Assembly (NCBI GenBank): GCA_045651205.1
Contig: JAZRSA010000050.1
Span: 29,723 to 93,722 of the forward strand
Direction of reading: 5' to 3'
DNA: 64,000 nt
Origin: Clostridia bacterium
GTDB taxonomy: Bacteria; Bacillota; Clostridia; TANB77; CAG-465
Positions within the stretch are counted from its first letter, which is position 1, and each line of letters begins with the position of its first letter. A program made the position numbers and the translations under genes. Positions 48,013-58,448 of this stretch are shown here, one piece after another. The notes under the pieces are model-generated. The model worked only from the letters and a program-made list of their open reading frames with translations, had not been told where the DNA came from and ran no database searches.

Positions 48013-49848
48013 TTAAAGTTCAAATTGTGAATTGTATAATTCTGCATAGAAGCCATTCTTTTCTATTAATGTTTCATGATTTCCTTGTTCTACAATGTTA
48101 CCATCTCTCATAACTAAGATTAAATCTGCATTTTTAATTGTAGATAATCTATGTGCTATTATGAACGATGTTCTGTTTTCTGTTAATTTATCCATTGCTT
48201 TTTGAACTAGTTCTTCTGTTCTTGTGTCTACATTAGATGTTGCTTCATCTAATATTAAGAATGGTGCATCTTCTATCATACCACGAGCAATTGTAAGTAA
48301 TTGCTTTTGACCCGCAGAGATACTTTCATTGTCTGCAAGAACTGTATCGTAGTTTTTAGGTAATGTTTTAATAAAGTGATGTAATCCAACTTCACGGCAT
48401 ACATCTTTTACTCTTTCTATATCTACATTTTCTCTATCATATACGATGTTTTCTTTTACAGTTCCTTCAAACAGCCAAGTATCTTGAAGTACCATAGTAA
48501 ATAACTCGTGTATATTTTCTCTTGTTAATTTAGAAATATCTACTCCATCTATTTTAATCTTACCTGAATCTATTTCATAGAACTTCATAAGTAGATTTAC
48601 CATAGTTGTTTTACCCGCACCAGTTGGACCAACTATTGCTATCTTTTGTCCTGGCTCTGCTGATGCTGTAAATCCTTTAATTGTTGGTTCTTCGTTTTCT
48701 TCATATTTGAACACAACGTTTTCAAATTCTATTTTACCTTTAACTTTGTTCTTATCTAATTTCTTAGTAAACTCTGACTCATCTGCCATTTCTTTTTCAT
48801 CTAAGAATTCAAATACTCTTTCACTTGCTGCAGCTGTTGTTTGTATTGATGTTAAGCTTTGAGCTATTTGTGAAAGTGGTGATGTAAACATTCTTACATA
48901 ACTAATAAACGCAACTATTATACCAAATGAAATATATCCTTTCATTGTCATTAGCGCACCCACTATACATACTGCTACGTATCCAAAGTTGCCAACAAAG
49001 TGCATTATTGGTTGCATAAGTCCAGATAAGAATTGACTCATTTTATTACATTTATATAACTTCTTATTTAACTCATCGAATGTTTCTGTTGCTTGCTTTT
49101 TACCATTATATGCTTTTACAACTAAAAGTCCTGAATATATTTCTTCTATATGACCATTTAGTTTACCTAGTTCTTCTTGACGCATTATGAAATACTTTTG
49201 AGACTTCTTAAGTATTGTACTCATAAGCACAAATCCAATTGCAGTTGTTGTTATTGCAACTAATGCTAATATCCAGTTAGTTACAAACATCATAAATAAT
49301 GTTCCTACAAACATAACTGAACAATATACAAGAGTAGACAAAGATGTGTTCATAGATTGTGCTATTGTATCTACATCGTTTGTTACAATAGATAGTATGT
49401 CTCCTGTTTGGTGTTTATCAAAAAAGCTAAGTGGTAGTTTGTTTATCTTTTTAGATATTCTACTTCTTAAACTCTTTGCAAAGTAGTTAGCAACATGTGT
49501 CATTGAAATTGCTTCCAAAAATCCACAGAATGCACTTGTAAAATAAAGTGCTGCTATTGTAATAGTTATTTTTGTTACAGCTTCCATATTCATTGGAGCT
49601 ATTAATCCTTTTTGGATTTCATTTGTTAAGTTCGCTAGTTTATCCGGTGCTGAAATAAATATTATAGAACTTATTATAGAAAACACTACACCTATTAGCA
49701 TTAATATTTTCCATTTACCTAGTTCTTTCACAAGTCTTTTTACTGCAGACTTAAAATCTTTTGCTTTTTCGCCAGGTGCCCCTGGTGGGCCTCCTGGAGG
49801 TCCAAATCTTCTAGGAGGTCTGCTTACTCTTTTTGTTTTATTATCCAT
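48013..49848 (-). CDS. ABC exporter permease/ATPase, heterodimer subunit
   Basis: TMD + GPTGAGKT, ISAGQKQ, LDEATS, AHRL. Confidence 0.95.
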   Translation of the reverse strand: MDNKTKRVSRPPRRFGPPGGPPGAPGEKAKDFKSAVKRLVKELGKWKILMLIGVVFSIISSIIFISAPDKLANLTNEIQKGLIAPMNMEAVTKITITIAALYFTSAFCGFLEAISMTHVANYFAKSLRSRISKKINKLPLSFFDKHQTGDILSIVTNDVDTIAQSMNTSLSTLVYCSVMFVGTLFMMFVTNWILALVAITTTAIGFVLMSTILKKSQKYFIMRQEELGKLNGHIEEIYSGLLVVKAYNGKKQATETFDELNKKLYKCNKMSQFLSGLMQPIMHFVGNFGYVAVCIVGALMTMKGYISFGIIVAFISYVRMFTSPLSQIAQSLTSIQTTAAASERVFEFLDEKEMADESEFTKKLDKNKVKGKIEFENVVFKYEENEEPTIKGFTASAEPGQKIAIVGPTGAGKTTMVNLLMKFYEIDSGKIKIDGVDISKLTRENIHELFTMVLQDTWLFEGTVKENIVYDRENVDIERVKDVCREVGLHHFIKTLPKNYDTVLADNESISAGQKQLLTIARGMIEDAPFLILDEATSNVDTRTEELVQKAMDKLTENRTSFIIAHRLSTIKNADLILVMRDGNIVEQGNHETLIEKNGFYAELYNSQFEL

Positions 49849-51604
49849 TGCTTAATTCCTCCTCTGATAATTGTGAAAGTGCTATTTCTTTATACACTTC
49901 GCAGTTTTGTAATAATTCTTTATGTGTGCCTTGACCTACCATTACACCTTGATCTAGAACTATTATCTTATCTGCATTCATTATTGTACCAATTCTTTGT
50001 GCAACTATTATACTTGTTGCATCCTTTGTATATTCTTTAAGTGCTTTTCTAAGATTACTATCTGTCTTATAGTCTAGTGCTGAGAAGCTATCGTCAAAGA
50101 TGTATATTTCAGGATCACGAGCTATGGCTCTTGCTATAGATATTCTTTGTTTTTGTCCACCAGAAATATTTGTTCCACCTTGTGCTAATTCTGTTTCATA
50201 ACCTTCATCCATATTTTCTACGAAGTCTTTTGCTTGTGCTACTTCAATAGCCTCTTTAATCTTTTTAGGTTTCTTTTCGCCTTTACCATTATCTCCATAA
50301 GATACATTAAAGTTTACAGAACCATCAAATATTACAGCTTTTTGTGAAACATATCCTATTTTGTTGTTTAGGAACTCCTGTGAGTATTTTTTAACATCTA
50401 CACCATCTACTAATACAACACCTTCTGTTGCATCATAAAATCTTGGTATTAGGTTAATTAAAGTAGACTTACCACTACCAGTTGAACCAATAAATGCTAC
50501 TGTTTCTCCTTTTTCTGCTCTAAATGAAATATCTTTAAGTAGATACTCATCAGCATCTGGATATTTGAAACATACATTTTTGAATTCTACTGTTCCTCTT
50601 TCTTTAGTAGTGTTTTCTGTAAGCTCACCATCTTTTACAGTTATCTCTGTATCTAATACTTCATTTATTCTCTTAGCTGAAACTGCTGCTCTTGGTAGCA
50701 TAACAAATGTTACTGTAAGCATTAAGAATGACATTATTACTTGAGTTGCATATGTACCAAATACAACCATATCTCCAAATATACCTATCTTTCCAGCTAT
50801 AGGAGAATTCATAATTAACATTGCACCTATAAAATATATAGATAGTGTTACACCATGCATAACCATAGTCATAACTGGATCTAAGAATGCAAATGCTTTT
50901 TGGTTAGATAGTTGAAGATTTGTTAATTTTTTATTTACATCTTCAAACTTATCTTGTTGGTATTCTTCAGCATTAAATGCTCTAACAACTCTAATACCAT
51001 TTAAGTTTTCTCTTGTTACTGAATTAACTTTATCTATTAATTTTTGTACTATCTTAAATCTTGGAACTACTATAGCTATTAATATACCTATTGTTGTTAA
51101 AAGTATTGCAACTGCTACTGCTGTAGCTATACTCCATTCTGTACTCTTACCTAATATTTTAGATATTGCCCACGCAGCTGTAATTGGAGCTTTTACTATA
51201 TGCATAAGTCCAATACCAACTAACATTTGTACTTGACCAATATCGTTTGTTGTTCTAGTAATTAAGCTACTAGTTGAAAATTCTTTTATTTCATTTATAG
51301 AAAGATTACATACTTTATTAAATAATTTCTTTCTAATTTTCATTGAAAATGTTGCTGCTAAACTAGATGTTTGGTATTTAGTAAATACCATAAACATTAA
51401 ACTTCCTAATGCGCATGCAAGCATTAATGCACCATTTGTTAATATGTCTACCATCTTGCTACCTGCTGTTTGTACTAAAACAGTAACTTCAGACATATAG
51501 TCTGGCATTTTAAGATCTAAAAATACTTGACACACAACAAGCGCAATTATTAAAAATACACATATTAAATCTCTTTTATTCAAAACTTTTAATAATTTAA
51601 ACAT
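49841..51604 (-). CDS. ABC exporter permease/ATPase, degenerate-site subunit
   Basis: TMD + GSTGSGKS, ISGGQKQR, FDDSFSALD, AQR. Confidence 0.95.
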   Translation of the reverse strand: MFKLLKVLNKRDLICVFLIIALVVCQVFLDLKMPDYMSEVTVLVQTAGSKMVDILTNGALMLACALGSLMFMVFTKYQTSSLAATFSMKIRKKLFNKVCNLSINEIKEFSTSSLITRTTNDIGQVQMLVGIGLMHIVKAPITAAWAISKILGKSTEWSIATAVAVAILLTTIGILIAIVVPRFKIVQKLIDKVNSVTRENLNGIRVVRAFNAEEYQQDKFEDVNKKLTNLQLSNQKAFAFLDPVMTMVMHGVTLSIYFIGAMLIMNSPIAGKIGIFGDMVVFGTYATQVIMSFLMLTVTFVMLPRAAVSAKRINEVLDTEITVKDGELTENTTKERGTVEFKNVCFKYPDADEYLLKDISFRAEKGETVAFIGSTGSGKSTLINLIPRFYDATEGVVLVDGVDVKKYSQEFLNNKIGYVSQKAVIFDGSVNFNVSYGDNGKGEKKPKKIKEAIEVAQAKDFVENMDEGYETELAQGGTNISGGQKQRISIARAIARDPEIYIFDDSFSALDYKTDSNLRKALKEYTKDATSIIVAQRIGTIMNADKIIVLDQGVMVGQGTHKELLQNCEVYKEIALSQLSEEELSNG

Positions 51605-51697
51605 TTTTTACCCTTCCTCTTACTATTTTCAAATTATATGCTTTTAAGGTTAAAAAGTCAACGAAAACTATATGTTAAGACAATATTTCACATAAAG

Positions 51698-51727
51698 AAT
51701 AACCTAGTAGTTTCCTACTAGGTTATT
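51698..51727 (-). terminator. Intrinsic terminator
   Basis: AATAACCTAGTAG-tttc-CTACTAGGTTATT. Confidence 0.8.
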
Positions 51728-51730
51728 TTA

Positions 51731-54700
51731 TTATTTTTCTGCTTCTCCATGCCATGGATTGTTTGGATTTGGATCAGTTGGATCCCAATTTCTATTTGCT
51801 ATATTATCTGATATTTTTGGCGCTGTAGGTTTTCCTAAAGGACCTGGAGTAGAACTATTATAAAATTCTACTGTAACACCTTTTTTAATGTTATCATAAA
51901 TCCATTTAGCATCTTCTACTGTAAGTCTTATACACCCCGCTGACGCTTTGGTACCAAGTTTATCATATTCCTCATACTTAAGAGTATCCGGAGATTTTTC
52001 TTTATATGGTACTGAATGAAATAATATATCTCCTGTTATTTGAGTACAATATTGTCCATATACATTGCCTACAAGTTTTAACCAATTCCATCTACTTTTT
52101 ATTGTATACTTTCCTTTTTTAGGTGTTGCAGTACCCGTAGAACAAACCATTGCTTTTATCGCTTTTAAATTAGCTGTATCTGGTCCTTTATATATAGTTA
52201 CTGTGTTAGCTTGTACGTTGATTTTTATATAATATATATCTTCTTTTATACTAAATTTTATTTCTTTTTTACCGGTATAATTTCCAATACCCGTTATTGT
52301 TATTAAGGCTGTTCCAACATTTATATTGTTACTATATGTTATGCTATAATCTACGCCTTCTACTAATTCATTACTTCCGTTTTTAATAACTAAATTAGGT
52401 TTTACTTCTTCACCTGTATACGATTGAGTATATATCACACTATATGTTAGATTAGAAACATTTCCTTTTGTTATATTATATGTTAATACTTTTTCACCTT
52501 GGAAGTTTCCTATACCTGTAACTTTAACAGTTGCTGTTCCTGGTTCAATGTTATTTTCATATGTTACAGTATAATCTGTACCAAGTTTTAATGTTTTCTT
52601 GTTATATACTAGTTTTAAACTTTGTTTTGTTTCAGAACCAGTATATGTTTTATTTACAAGTCCAGTTATTGTTGCTGAAGCTATACTTCTTGGATTTATT
52701 GTATATGTTAATATCTTAGTTCCAGTATAATTTCCTTTACCTTTTATAGTAATTGTACCAGTACCTGGATATACATTATTTTTATATGACACTGTATAGT
52801 GTGTACCATTTTTTAATGTTGTTCCATTATGTACCACCTTGACACTTGGATTTCTTGCTCCGCCTGTGTAGGCCATAGATGTTCCGTATGTTATATCTAA
52901 ATCATTTATATCTCTATCTACAATTTTGAAAGTTAATTTTTTACTTGATGTAAAATTACCTAATCCCGTTATTGTTACTGCTGCCGTTCCTGGATTTGTA
53001 TTATTTTTATATGTTAATTTATAATCCACTCCATTTTTTAATGTTATACCATTATATGTTAGTTCTAAGTTTTGTTTAATAGCTTTTCTTGTATACTCTT
53101 TATTTGCCAATCCTTCTACTATAGCCGAAACGATACTTCTTCTTACTATACTAAACTTAATCGTCTTTGTTCCAGTAAAGTTTCCAATTCCAGTGATTGT
53201 TATTGTAGCTGTTCCTGGTTTTGTGTTTTTACTATATGAAATAGTATAGTCCTTATCTTTTATTAAAGTGTAACTTCCATATGTTGCTTTTATGCTTGGC
53301 GTTATTGCTTTACCTGTATACGCATAACTTTTAATTTTATTGAACGTTACTGAACTTATACTTCTTCTATTTATTTTGTATGTTAATATTTTTTCACCCG
53401 TAAAGTTTCCTTTACCAGTTATTTTTACTGTAGCTGTTCCAATTTCAACATTATTTTCATATGTTAAAATATAATCTTTACCTTCTTTTAATGTCTTTTT
53501 ATTATATGTTAATGTTAAACTTTGCTTTCTTACACCACCTGTATATGCTTTGTCTGCAAAGCCTTTTATTGTTACTGAATTTATACTTCTTGGATTTATT
53601 GTATATGTTAAAACTTTAGTTCCGTTATAATTGCCTTTACCTTTTATTGTAATTGTACCTGTTCCAGGATATACATTATTTTTATACGATACTGTATAAT
53701 GTGTTCCGTTTTTTAATGTTGTCCCATTATGTACTACTTTAACACTTGGATTTCTTGCTCCTCCTGTATATGCCATAGAAGTTCCAGCTGTTATCTCTAA
53801 ATCGTTTATATTTCTATCTTTAATCTTAAATTCTAATTTTGTACTAGATCTAAAATTACCTTTACCTGTTACAGTTATTGTAGCTGTACCTGGTTTTGTA
53901 TTGTTTTTATATGACAATGTATAATCTACACCCTCTACAAGTTTTATTCCTTTGTACATAATTGTTAAATTTTGCTTTATACTCTTTGCGGTATAATATT
54001 TAACTTCTAATCCTGTAATTTCTGTAGATTTTATACTTCTTGCCACTATATTAAATTTAATTGTTTTTGTTCCAGAATAATCTCCTATTCCAGTTATTAT
54101 TATTTTACCAGTTCCAACTTTAATATTATTTTCATAAGATACTGTGTAGTCTACTCCTTCTACTAGAGTTTTTCCACCATATGTCGCTGTTATACTTGGT
54201 TTTATCTCAAAGCCTGTATATGCATAATCTGCAACTTTGTTATATGTAAAAGTAGTCACACTTCTTTTTACTATATTAAAATTAATTTCTTTAGTTCCAA
54301 TATAACTTCCTTTACCTGTTATAACTAAGGTAGCTACTCCTAATTCTTTGTTGTTTTTATATGTTATTGTATAGTCTACGCCATTTTTTAATGTAGTCTT
54401 TCCGTATTTTACTATTATTCCCTGCGTTATATTAGAACCAGTATATACTTTATCTACAACACCTGTAACAGTTGCATTGTTTATATCATAACCTATATTA
54501 TATGTTAATTGGGCTGTTCCTATGTATCCACCAGCAGTTTCGCTTCCTGTTCCCGTTATAGATATTGTATTAGTTCCCAGTTTGTTAGATGTAACTTGTG
54601 ACCAGTAAAAATCTTTACCCACTTCTAGTCTAATACCATTATGATAAATCCTAATATTATTTTCAGTTAAAGTGTTACCATATACAACATCTGATATTTT

Positions 54701-56245
54701 TTCAAAAGTTAAATTGTTTATATTTGTTGCTTTTATCTTATATGGTATATCTCTAACTCCAGAATAATTACCATACATTATAATAGAAACTGTTCCTGCT
54801 GCTTTTGATTCTATAACCGATGCATAATAGTTCTCGTTTTCTACTAATACTTTACCATTATGTTTTATAACTAGTTTAGGACGAATTCCGCCTTTTATAT
54901 AGTTATATTCTGTTTCTATTCCTTCTATTTCCAGTTCTGATATATCTACTGGTTCAATTTCAAAATGTTCTTCTAATGTACCAATGCAACTATTTATTCC
55001 TTTTACTGTAACATATACTGTTCCCGCATTTATATTGTCACTATATGTTAACGTATAATCTATTCCTTCTGTTAAAAGAATCTTTTCATAATCTGATTCA
55101 CCTTGATACGTATATACTTTTACTTCCTTTTTATGTTCTTCACCAGTATATTTAACAGAAGTCAAATCCACTTCCATTTTTCTTATATATACCGGATCAA
55201 TATAAAATTTAAACGCCGTTGTTCCTTCGTATTTACCAATACCTGTGTAAATTATTTCAGCAAGTCCTGCATATACATTGTTTTTATATGATACTGTATA
55301 GTCTCTACCTTCTTTTAGTGTTATATTTGTTCTAGTATATATTGGTACTTTGTATTCATGCGATTTAGTGTCATATGACACACTAGCTGGTCCTTCCCCT
55401 ATTTTAAATATACAATACTCCATATTGCCTTTTCCTAGTTCAAATGTTATTGTTCTTGTTCCAGCATAATTTCCCTTACCGGTTATCTCTATTGTCTTTG
55501 TACCAAACGATGAATTATCTATGGCACTTCCAATATAATCTACACCTTCATATATAGCAGTTCCATCTTCAAGTAATAAATAACCTTGCGTAGGGCCATC
55601 TGTAAATTCTTGCTTAGCTGCTATTTTCAAATTTTCTACATTCGAGCCTTTTATTTTAAACTCAAATACTTTAGTACCAGTGTAATTCCCCATACCATTT
55701 GCATATATATACCCATTTCCAGCATATATATTTACACCATAAGACAATTTATAATCCTTATCTTTAACAAGAACTGTATCTCCATTTTTAACAATTACTT
55801 CCGGTAGTTTTGGGTTGCCATCATATATATACTCTTCATCTTTATTTGATAATTCAACTGTAAACAATCTGCTTGCTTGACCTTGTATAATTTCAAAAGA
55901 TACATTTCTTGAACCTACATACTCTCCTATACCCACAACTCTAATTACGCCTTGTCCTACTTCAGTATTTGTTACATCTTCAATTATATAATCTTTGCCT
56001 AAAGTTAATATATTTCCATCATAACGAATACTTAATATTGGCTTAATTGCTTCTCCTGTATATTCATAACTATCTATCTTGTCTATTATTGTGTTATTAA
56101 TATCTATTAAATTTTCATATATCTCTTGCTTTGTTACTAAATATCCATATTTATTATATATACCTGCATTTACAGTATTTATACATACTACAAATGCCAT
56201 AATTAATAACAAAAATACTACCAACACTTTAGTTCTCTTTTGCAT
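51731..56245 (-). CDS. Large secreted protein: 17 Ig-like (YTG..DY..Y.NN..G.A) repeats plus C-terminal L,D-transpeptidase (YkuD) domain
   Basis: Signal peptide; ~75-aa repeats ending GxGNY/FxG; ILFHSVPY...ASAGCIRL catalytic motif. Confidence 0.9.
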   Translation of the reverse strand: MQKRTKVLVVFLLLIMAFVVCINTVNAGIYNKYGYLVTKQEIYENLIDINNTIIDKIDSYEYTGEAIKPILSIRYDGNILTLGKDYIIEDVTNTEVGQGVIRVVGIGEYVGSRNVSFEIIQGQASRLFTVELSNKDEEYIYDGNPKLPEVIVKNGDTVLVKDKDYKLSYGVNIYAGNGYIYANGMGNYTGTKVFEFKIKGSNVENLKIAAKQEFTDGPTQGYLLLEDGTAIYEGVDYIGSAIDNSSFGTKTIEITGKGNYAGTRTITFELGKGNMEYCIFKIGEGPASVSYDTKSHEYKVPIYTRTNITLKEGRDYTVSYKNNVYAGLAEIIYTGIGKYEGTTAFKFYIDPVYIRKMEVDLTSVKYTGEEHKKEVKVYTYQGESDYEKILLTEGIDYTLTYSDNINAGTVYVTVKGINSCIGTLEEHFEIEPVDISELEIEGIETEYNYIKGGIRPKLVIKHNGKVLVENENYYASVIESKAAGTVSIIMYGNYSGVRDIPYKIKATNINNLTFEKISDVVYGNTLTENNIRIYHNGIRLEVGKDFYWSQVTSNKLGTNTISITGTGSETAGGYIGTAQLTYNIGYDINNATVTGVVDKVYTGSNITQGIIVKYGKTTLKNGVDYTITYKNNKELGVATLVITGKGSYIGTKEINFNIVKRSVTTFTYNKVADYAYTGFEIKPSITATYGGKTLVEGVDYTVSYENNIKVGTGKIIITGIGDYSGTKTIKFNIVARSIKSTEITGLEVKYYTAKSIKQNLTIMYKGIKLVEGVDYTLSYKNNTKPGTATITVTGKGNFRSSTKLEFKIKDRNINDLEITAGTSMAYTGGARNPSVKVVHNGTTLKNGTHYTVSYKNNVYPGTGTITIKGKGNYNGTKVLTYTINPRSINSVTIKGFADKAYTGGVRKQSLTLTYNKKTLKEGKDYILTYENNVEIGTATVKITGKGNFTGEKILTYKINRRSISSVTFNKIKSYAYTGKAITPSIKATYGSYTLIKDKDYTISYSKNTKPGTATITITGIGNFTGTKTIKFSIVRRSIVSAIVEGLANKEYTRKAIKQNLELTYNGITLKNGVDYKLTYKNNTNPGTAAVTITGLGNFTSSKKLTFKIVDRDINDLDITYGTSMAYTGGARNPSVKVVHNGTTLKNGTHYTVSYKNNVYPGTGTITIKGKGNYTGTKILTYTINPRSIASATITGLVNKTYTGSETKQSLKLVYNKKTLKLGTDYTVTYENNIEPGTATVKVTGIGNFQGEKVLTYNITKGNVSNLTYSVIYTQSYTGEEVKPNLVIKNGSNELVEGVDYSITYSNNINVGTALITITGIGNYTGKKEIKFSIKEDIYYIKINVQANTVTIYKGPDTANLKAIKAMVCSTGTATPKKGKYTIKSRWNWLKLVGNVYGQYCTQITGDILFHSVPYKEKSPDTLKYEEYDKLGTKASAGCIRLTVEDAKWIYDNIKKGVTVEFYNSSTPGPLGKPTAPKISDNIANRNWDPTDPNPNNPWHGEAEK
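52250..54500 (-). repeat. 225-bp domain repeats with a 900-bp higher-order period
   Basis: TATACTTCTTGGATTTATTGTATATGTTAA at both 52682 and 53582; repeats 11 and 15 are nearly identical in protein. Confidence 0.85.
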
Positions 56246-56337
56246 ATTTTTTTCGCCCCTTTTTTCTATACAAAGATTATATCACTTTTTTATATAAATA
56301 CAAGAAAATATCTATCTATTTAATTTATATAAAAACA

Positions 56338-56366
56338 TTGAAATATATATGTTTTTGTAATATAAT
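56338..56366 (+). promoter_or_regulatory. Sigma-A promoter of serS
   Basis: TTGAAA-17-TATAAT, 30 bp before ATG. Confidence 0.8.
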
Positions 56367-56395
56367 AGATACATGAATTTTAAGGAGGAAAGATT

Positions 56396-57685
56396 ATGTT
56401 AGACATTAAATTCGTACGCGAAAATCCCGACATAGTTAGGGAAAACATTAAAAAGAAATTTCAAGATAAAAAATTACCTCTAGTTGATGAAGTAATTGAA
56501 TTGGATAAACAAGTACGTTCCTTAAAACAACAAGGCGATGAATTAAGAACAAGAAGAAATACTATTAGCCAATCTATTGGTATGCTAATGAAAGAGAAAA
56601 AGGTTGAAGAAGCCGGCTTAAGAAAAGTTGAAGTTGTTAAGATTAACGAAGAACTTGTACATATCGAAGAAGAAGAGGCTAAAGTATCCGCTATATTAAA
56701 AGAAAAAATGATGGTAATACCAAACATTATAGATGACTCTGTACCTATCGGTAAAGATGACAGCGAAAATGTTGAGGTTCAAAAATACGGCGAACCAGTT
56801 GTGCCTGCATATGAAATACCATATCACGCAGATATACTTGGTTACTTTGCAGGATTAGATAAAGAAGCTTCTGCAAGAACAAGTGGTAATGGATTCTATT
56901 ATCTTATGGGAGATATGGCAAGATTACACTCTGCTATGATTTCTTATGCAAGAGACTTTATGATAAATAAAGGATTCACATATTGCATCCCACCTTTCAT
57001 GATTAAATCTGATGTTGTAACTGGCGTTATGAGTTTTGAAGAAATGGGCGCTATGATGTATAAAATCGAAGGTGAAGATTTATACCTAATTGGTACTTCT
57101 GAACACTCTATGATTGGTAAATTCAAAAACCAAACAATTGATGAAAAAAACTTACCTTTAAACCTTACATCTTACTCTCCATGGTTTAGAAAAGAAGTTG
57201 GAGCTCACGGTATTGAAGAAAGAGGCGTATACAGAGTACACCAATTTGAAAAACAAGAAATGGTTGTGCTATGTTTACCAGAAGAATCTATGGATTGGTA
57301 TAACAAAATGTGGAGTTATACAGTAGAATTCTTTAGAAACTTAGATATCCCTGTAAGAACACTTGAATGTTGTAGCGGAGACTTAGCAGATCTTAAAGTT
57401 AAATCTTGCGATATTGAAGCTTGGTCACCAAGACAACAAAAATACTTTGAAGTTGGTTCTTGCTCTAACCTAACTGATGCACAAGCTAGACGTTTAGGAA
57501 TTCGTGCTAGAGGTGAAAATGGAAACTACTTCTTACACACATTAAACAATACAGTACTTGCTACTCCACGTGGACTTATTGCATTCGTAGAAAACAACTA
57601 TAATGAAGATGGAACTATATCTATTCCAGAAGCATTAAGACCATATATGGGAGGACAAGATAAAATTTATCCAAAGAATAAATAA
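56396..57685 (+). CDS. serS: Serine--tRNA ligase
   Basis: MLDIKFVR, GTSEH, FRKE..G..RVHQFEKQE, EVGSCSN, HTLNNT. Confidence 0.97.
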   Translation: MLDIKFVRENPDIVRENIKKKFQDKKLPLVDEVIELDKQVRSLKQQGDELRTRRNTISQSIGMLMKEKKVEEAGLRKVEVVKINEELVHIEEEEAKVSAILKEKMMVIPNIIDDSVPIGKDDSENVEVQKYGEPVVPAYEIPYHADILGYFAGLDKEASARTSGNGFYYLMGDMARLHSAMISYARDFMINKGFTYCIPPFMIKSDVVTGVMSFEEMGAMMYKIEGEDLYLIGTSEHSMIGKFKNQTIDEKNLPLNLTSYSPWFRKEVGAHGIEERGVYRVHQFEKQEMVVLCLPEESMDWYNKMWSYTVEFFRNLDIPVRTLECCSGDLADLKVKSCDIEAWSPRQQKYFEVGSCSNLTDAQARRLGIRARGENGNYFLHTLNNTVLATPRGLIAFVENNYNEDGTISIPEALRPYMGGQDKIYPKNK

Positions 57686-57722
57686 TAACAATAATTATAC
57701 TAATATGTATTAAAGGAGATTT

Positions 57723-58304
57723 ATGGAATACTTAAAAAATGTTGAATTTGTAAAATCTGTATTTAATAAAAGTGATTTAATACGTGATGATTTACCTATC
57801 ATAGCAATGGTCGGTAAATCTAACGTTGGTAAATCTTCATTTATTAATACCCTTACAAATAATAAAAATACAGCAAAAGTTGGACAGACACCTGGTAAAA
57901 CAAAATGTTTAAATTTCTTCTTAGTAGATAAAAAATTCTACTTAGTAGACCTTCCCGGTTACGGCTACTCTACTATGTCTGAAAAAGAAAAAGAAAATAT
58001 AAACAAACTAACTAACTATTTTTTAGAGAATAACAAGAATATTAAACATATATTCTCACTAATAGACATACGCCATCTTCCATCTAAAGATGATAGAGCT
58101 ATGTATGATTGGTTAGTAGCTTTAGAAAAAGATTTTACAATAATATTAAATAAAGCAGATAAACTTTCAAATGCCAAAATTGAAGCTAGCATGAAAGATA
58201 TGACTAAAGCATTATTTGCTAAAGAAACTATGATTCCATTCTCTGCTGAAACTAAATTAAACTTAGATAAAGTATTAGATATAATTAAAGAAAAGATGAA
58301 TTAA
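57723..58304 (+). CDS. engB: Ribosome biogenesis GTPase YsxC/EngB
   Basis: GKSNVGKSS, PGKT, DLPGYG, NKAD, FSA. Confidence 0.95.
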   Translation: MEYLKNVEFVKSVFNKSDLIRDDLPIIAMVGKSNVGKSSFINTLTNNKNTAKVGQTPGKTKCLNFFLVDKKFYLVDLPGYGYSTMSEKEKENINKLTNYFLENNKNIKHIFSLIDIRHLPSKDDRAMYDWLVALEKDFTIILNKADKLSNAKIEASMKDMTKALFAKETMIPFSAETKLNLDKVLDIIKEKMN

Positions 58305-58310
58305 ATATGT

Positions 58311-58339
58311 TAAAAGCAACGGTTTAACCGTTGCTTTTA
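58311..58339. terminator. Intrinsic terminator (bidirectional type)
   Basis: TAAAAGCAACGGTT-t-AACCGTTGCTTTTA. Confidence 0.88.
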
Positions 58340-58448
58340 CTTTAGCAATAATAAATAAAAAATGACACTCATTTGCATAAATGAGTGCACCTAATAATTT
58401 CTAGGTAGACATTCAATAAGCCAAACTGAATGTTCCCTATTATTCTTA

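Noticed and set aside
57170-57200. SerRS motif 2 reads SPWFRKE where Cys is more usual
   Set aside because: A single substitution at a non-catalytic position; it cannot be told apart from a strain variant or sequencing error.
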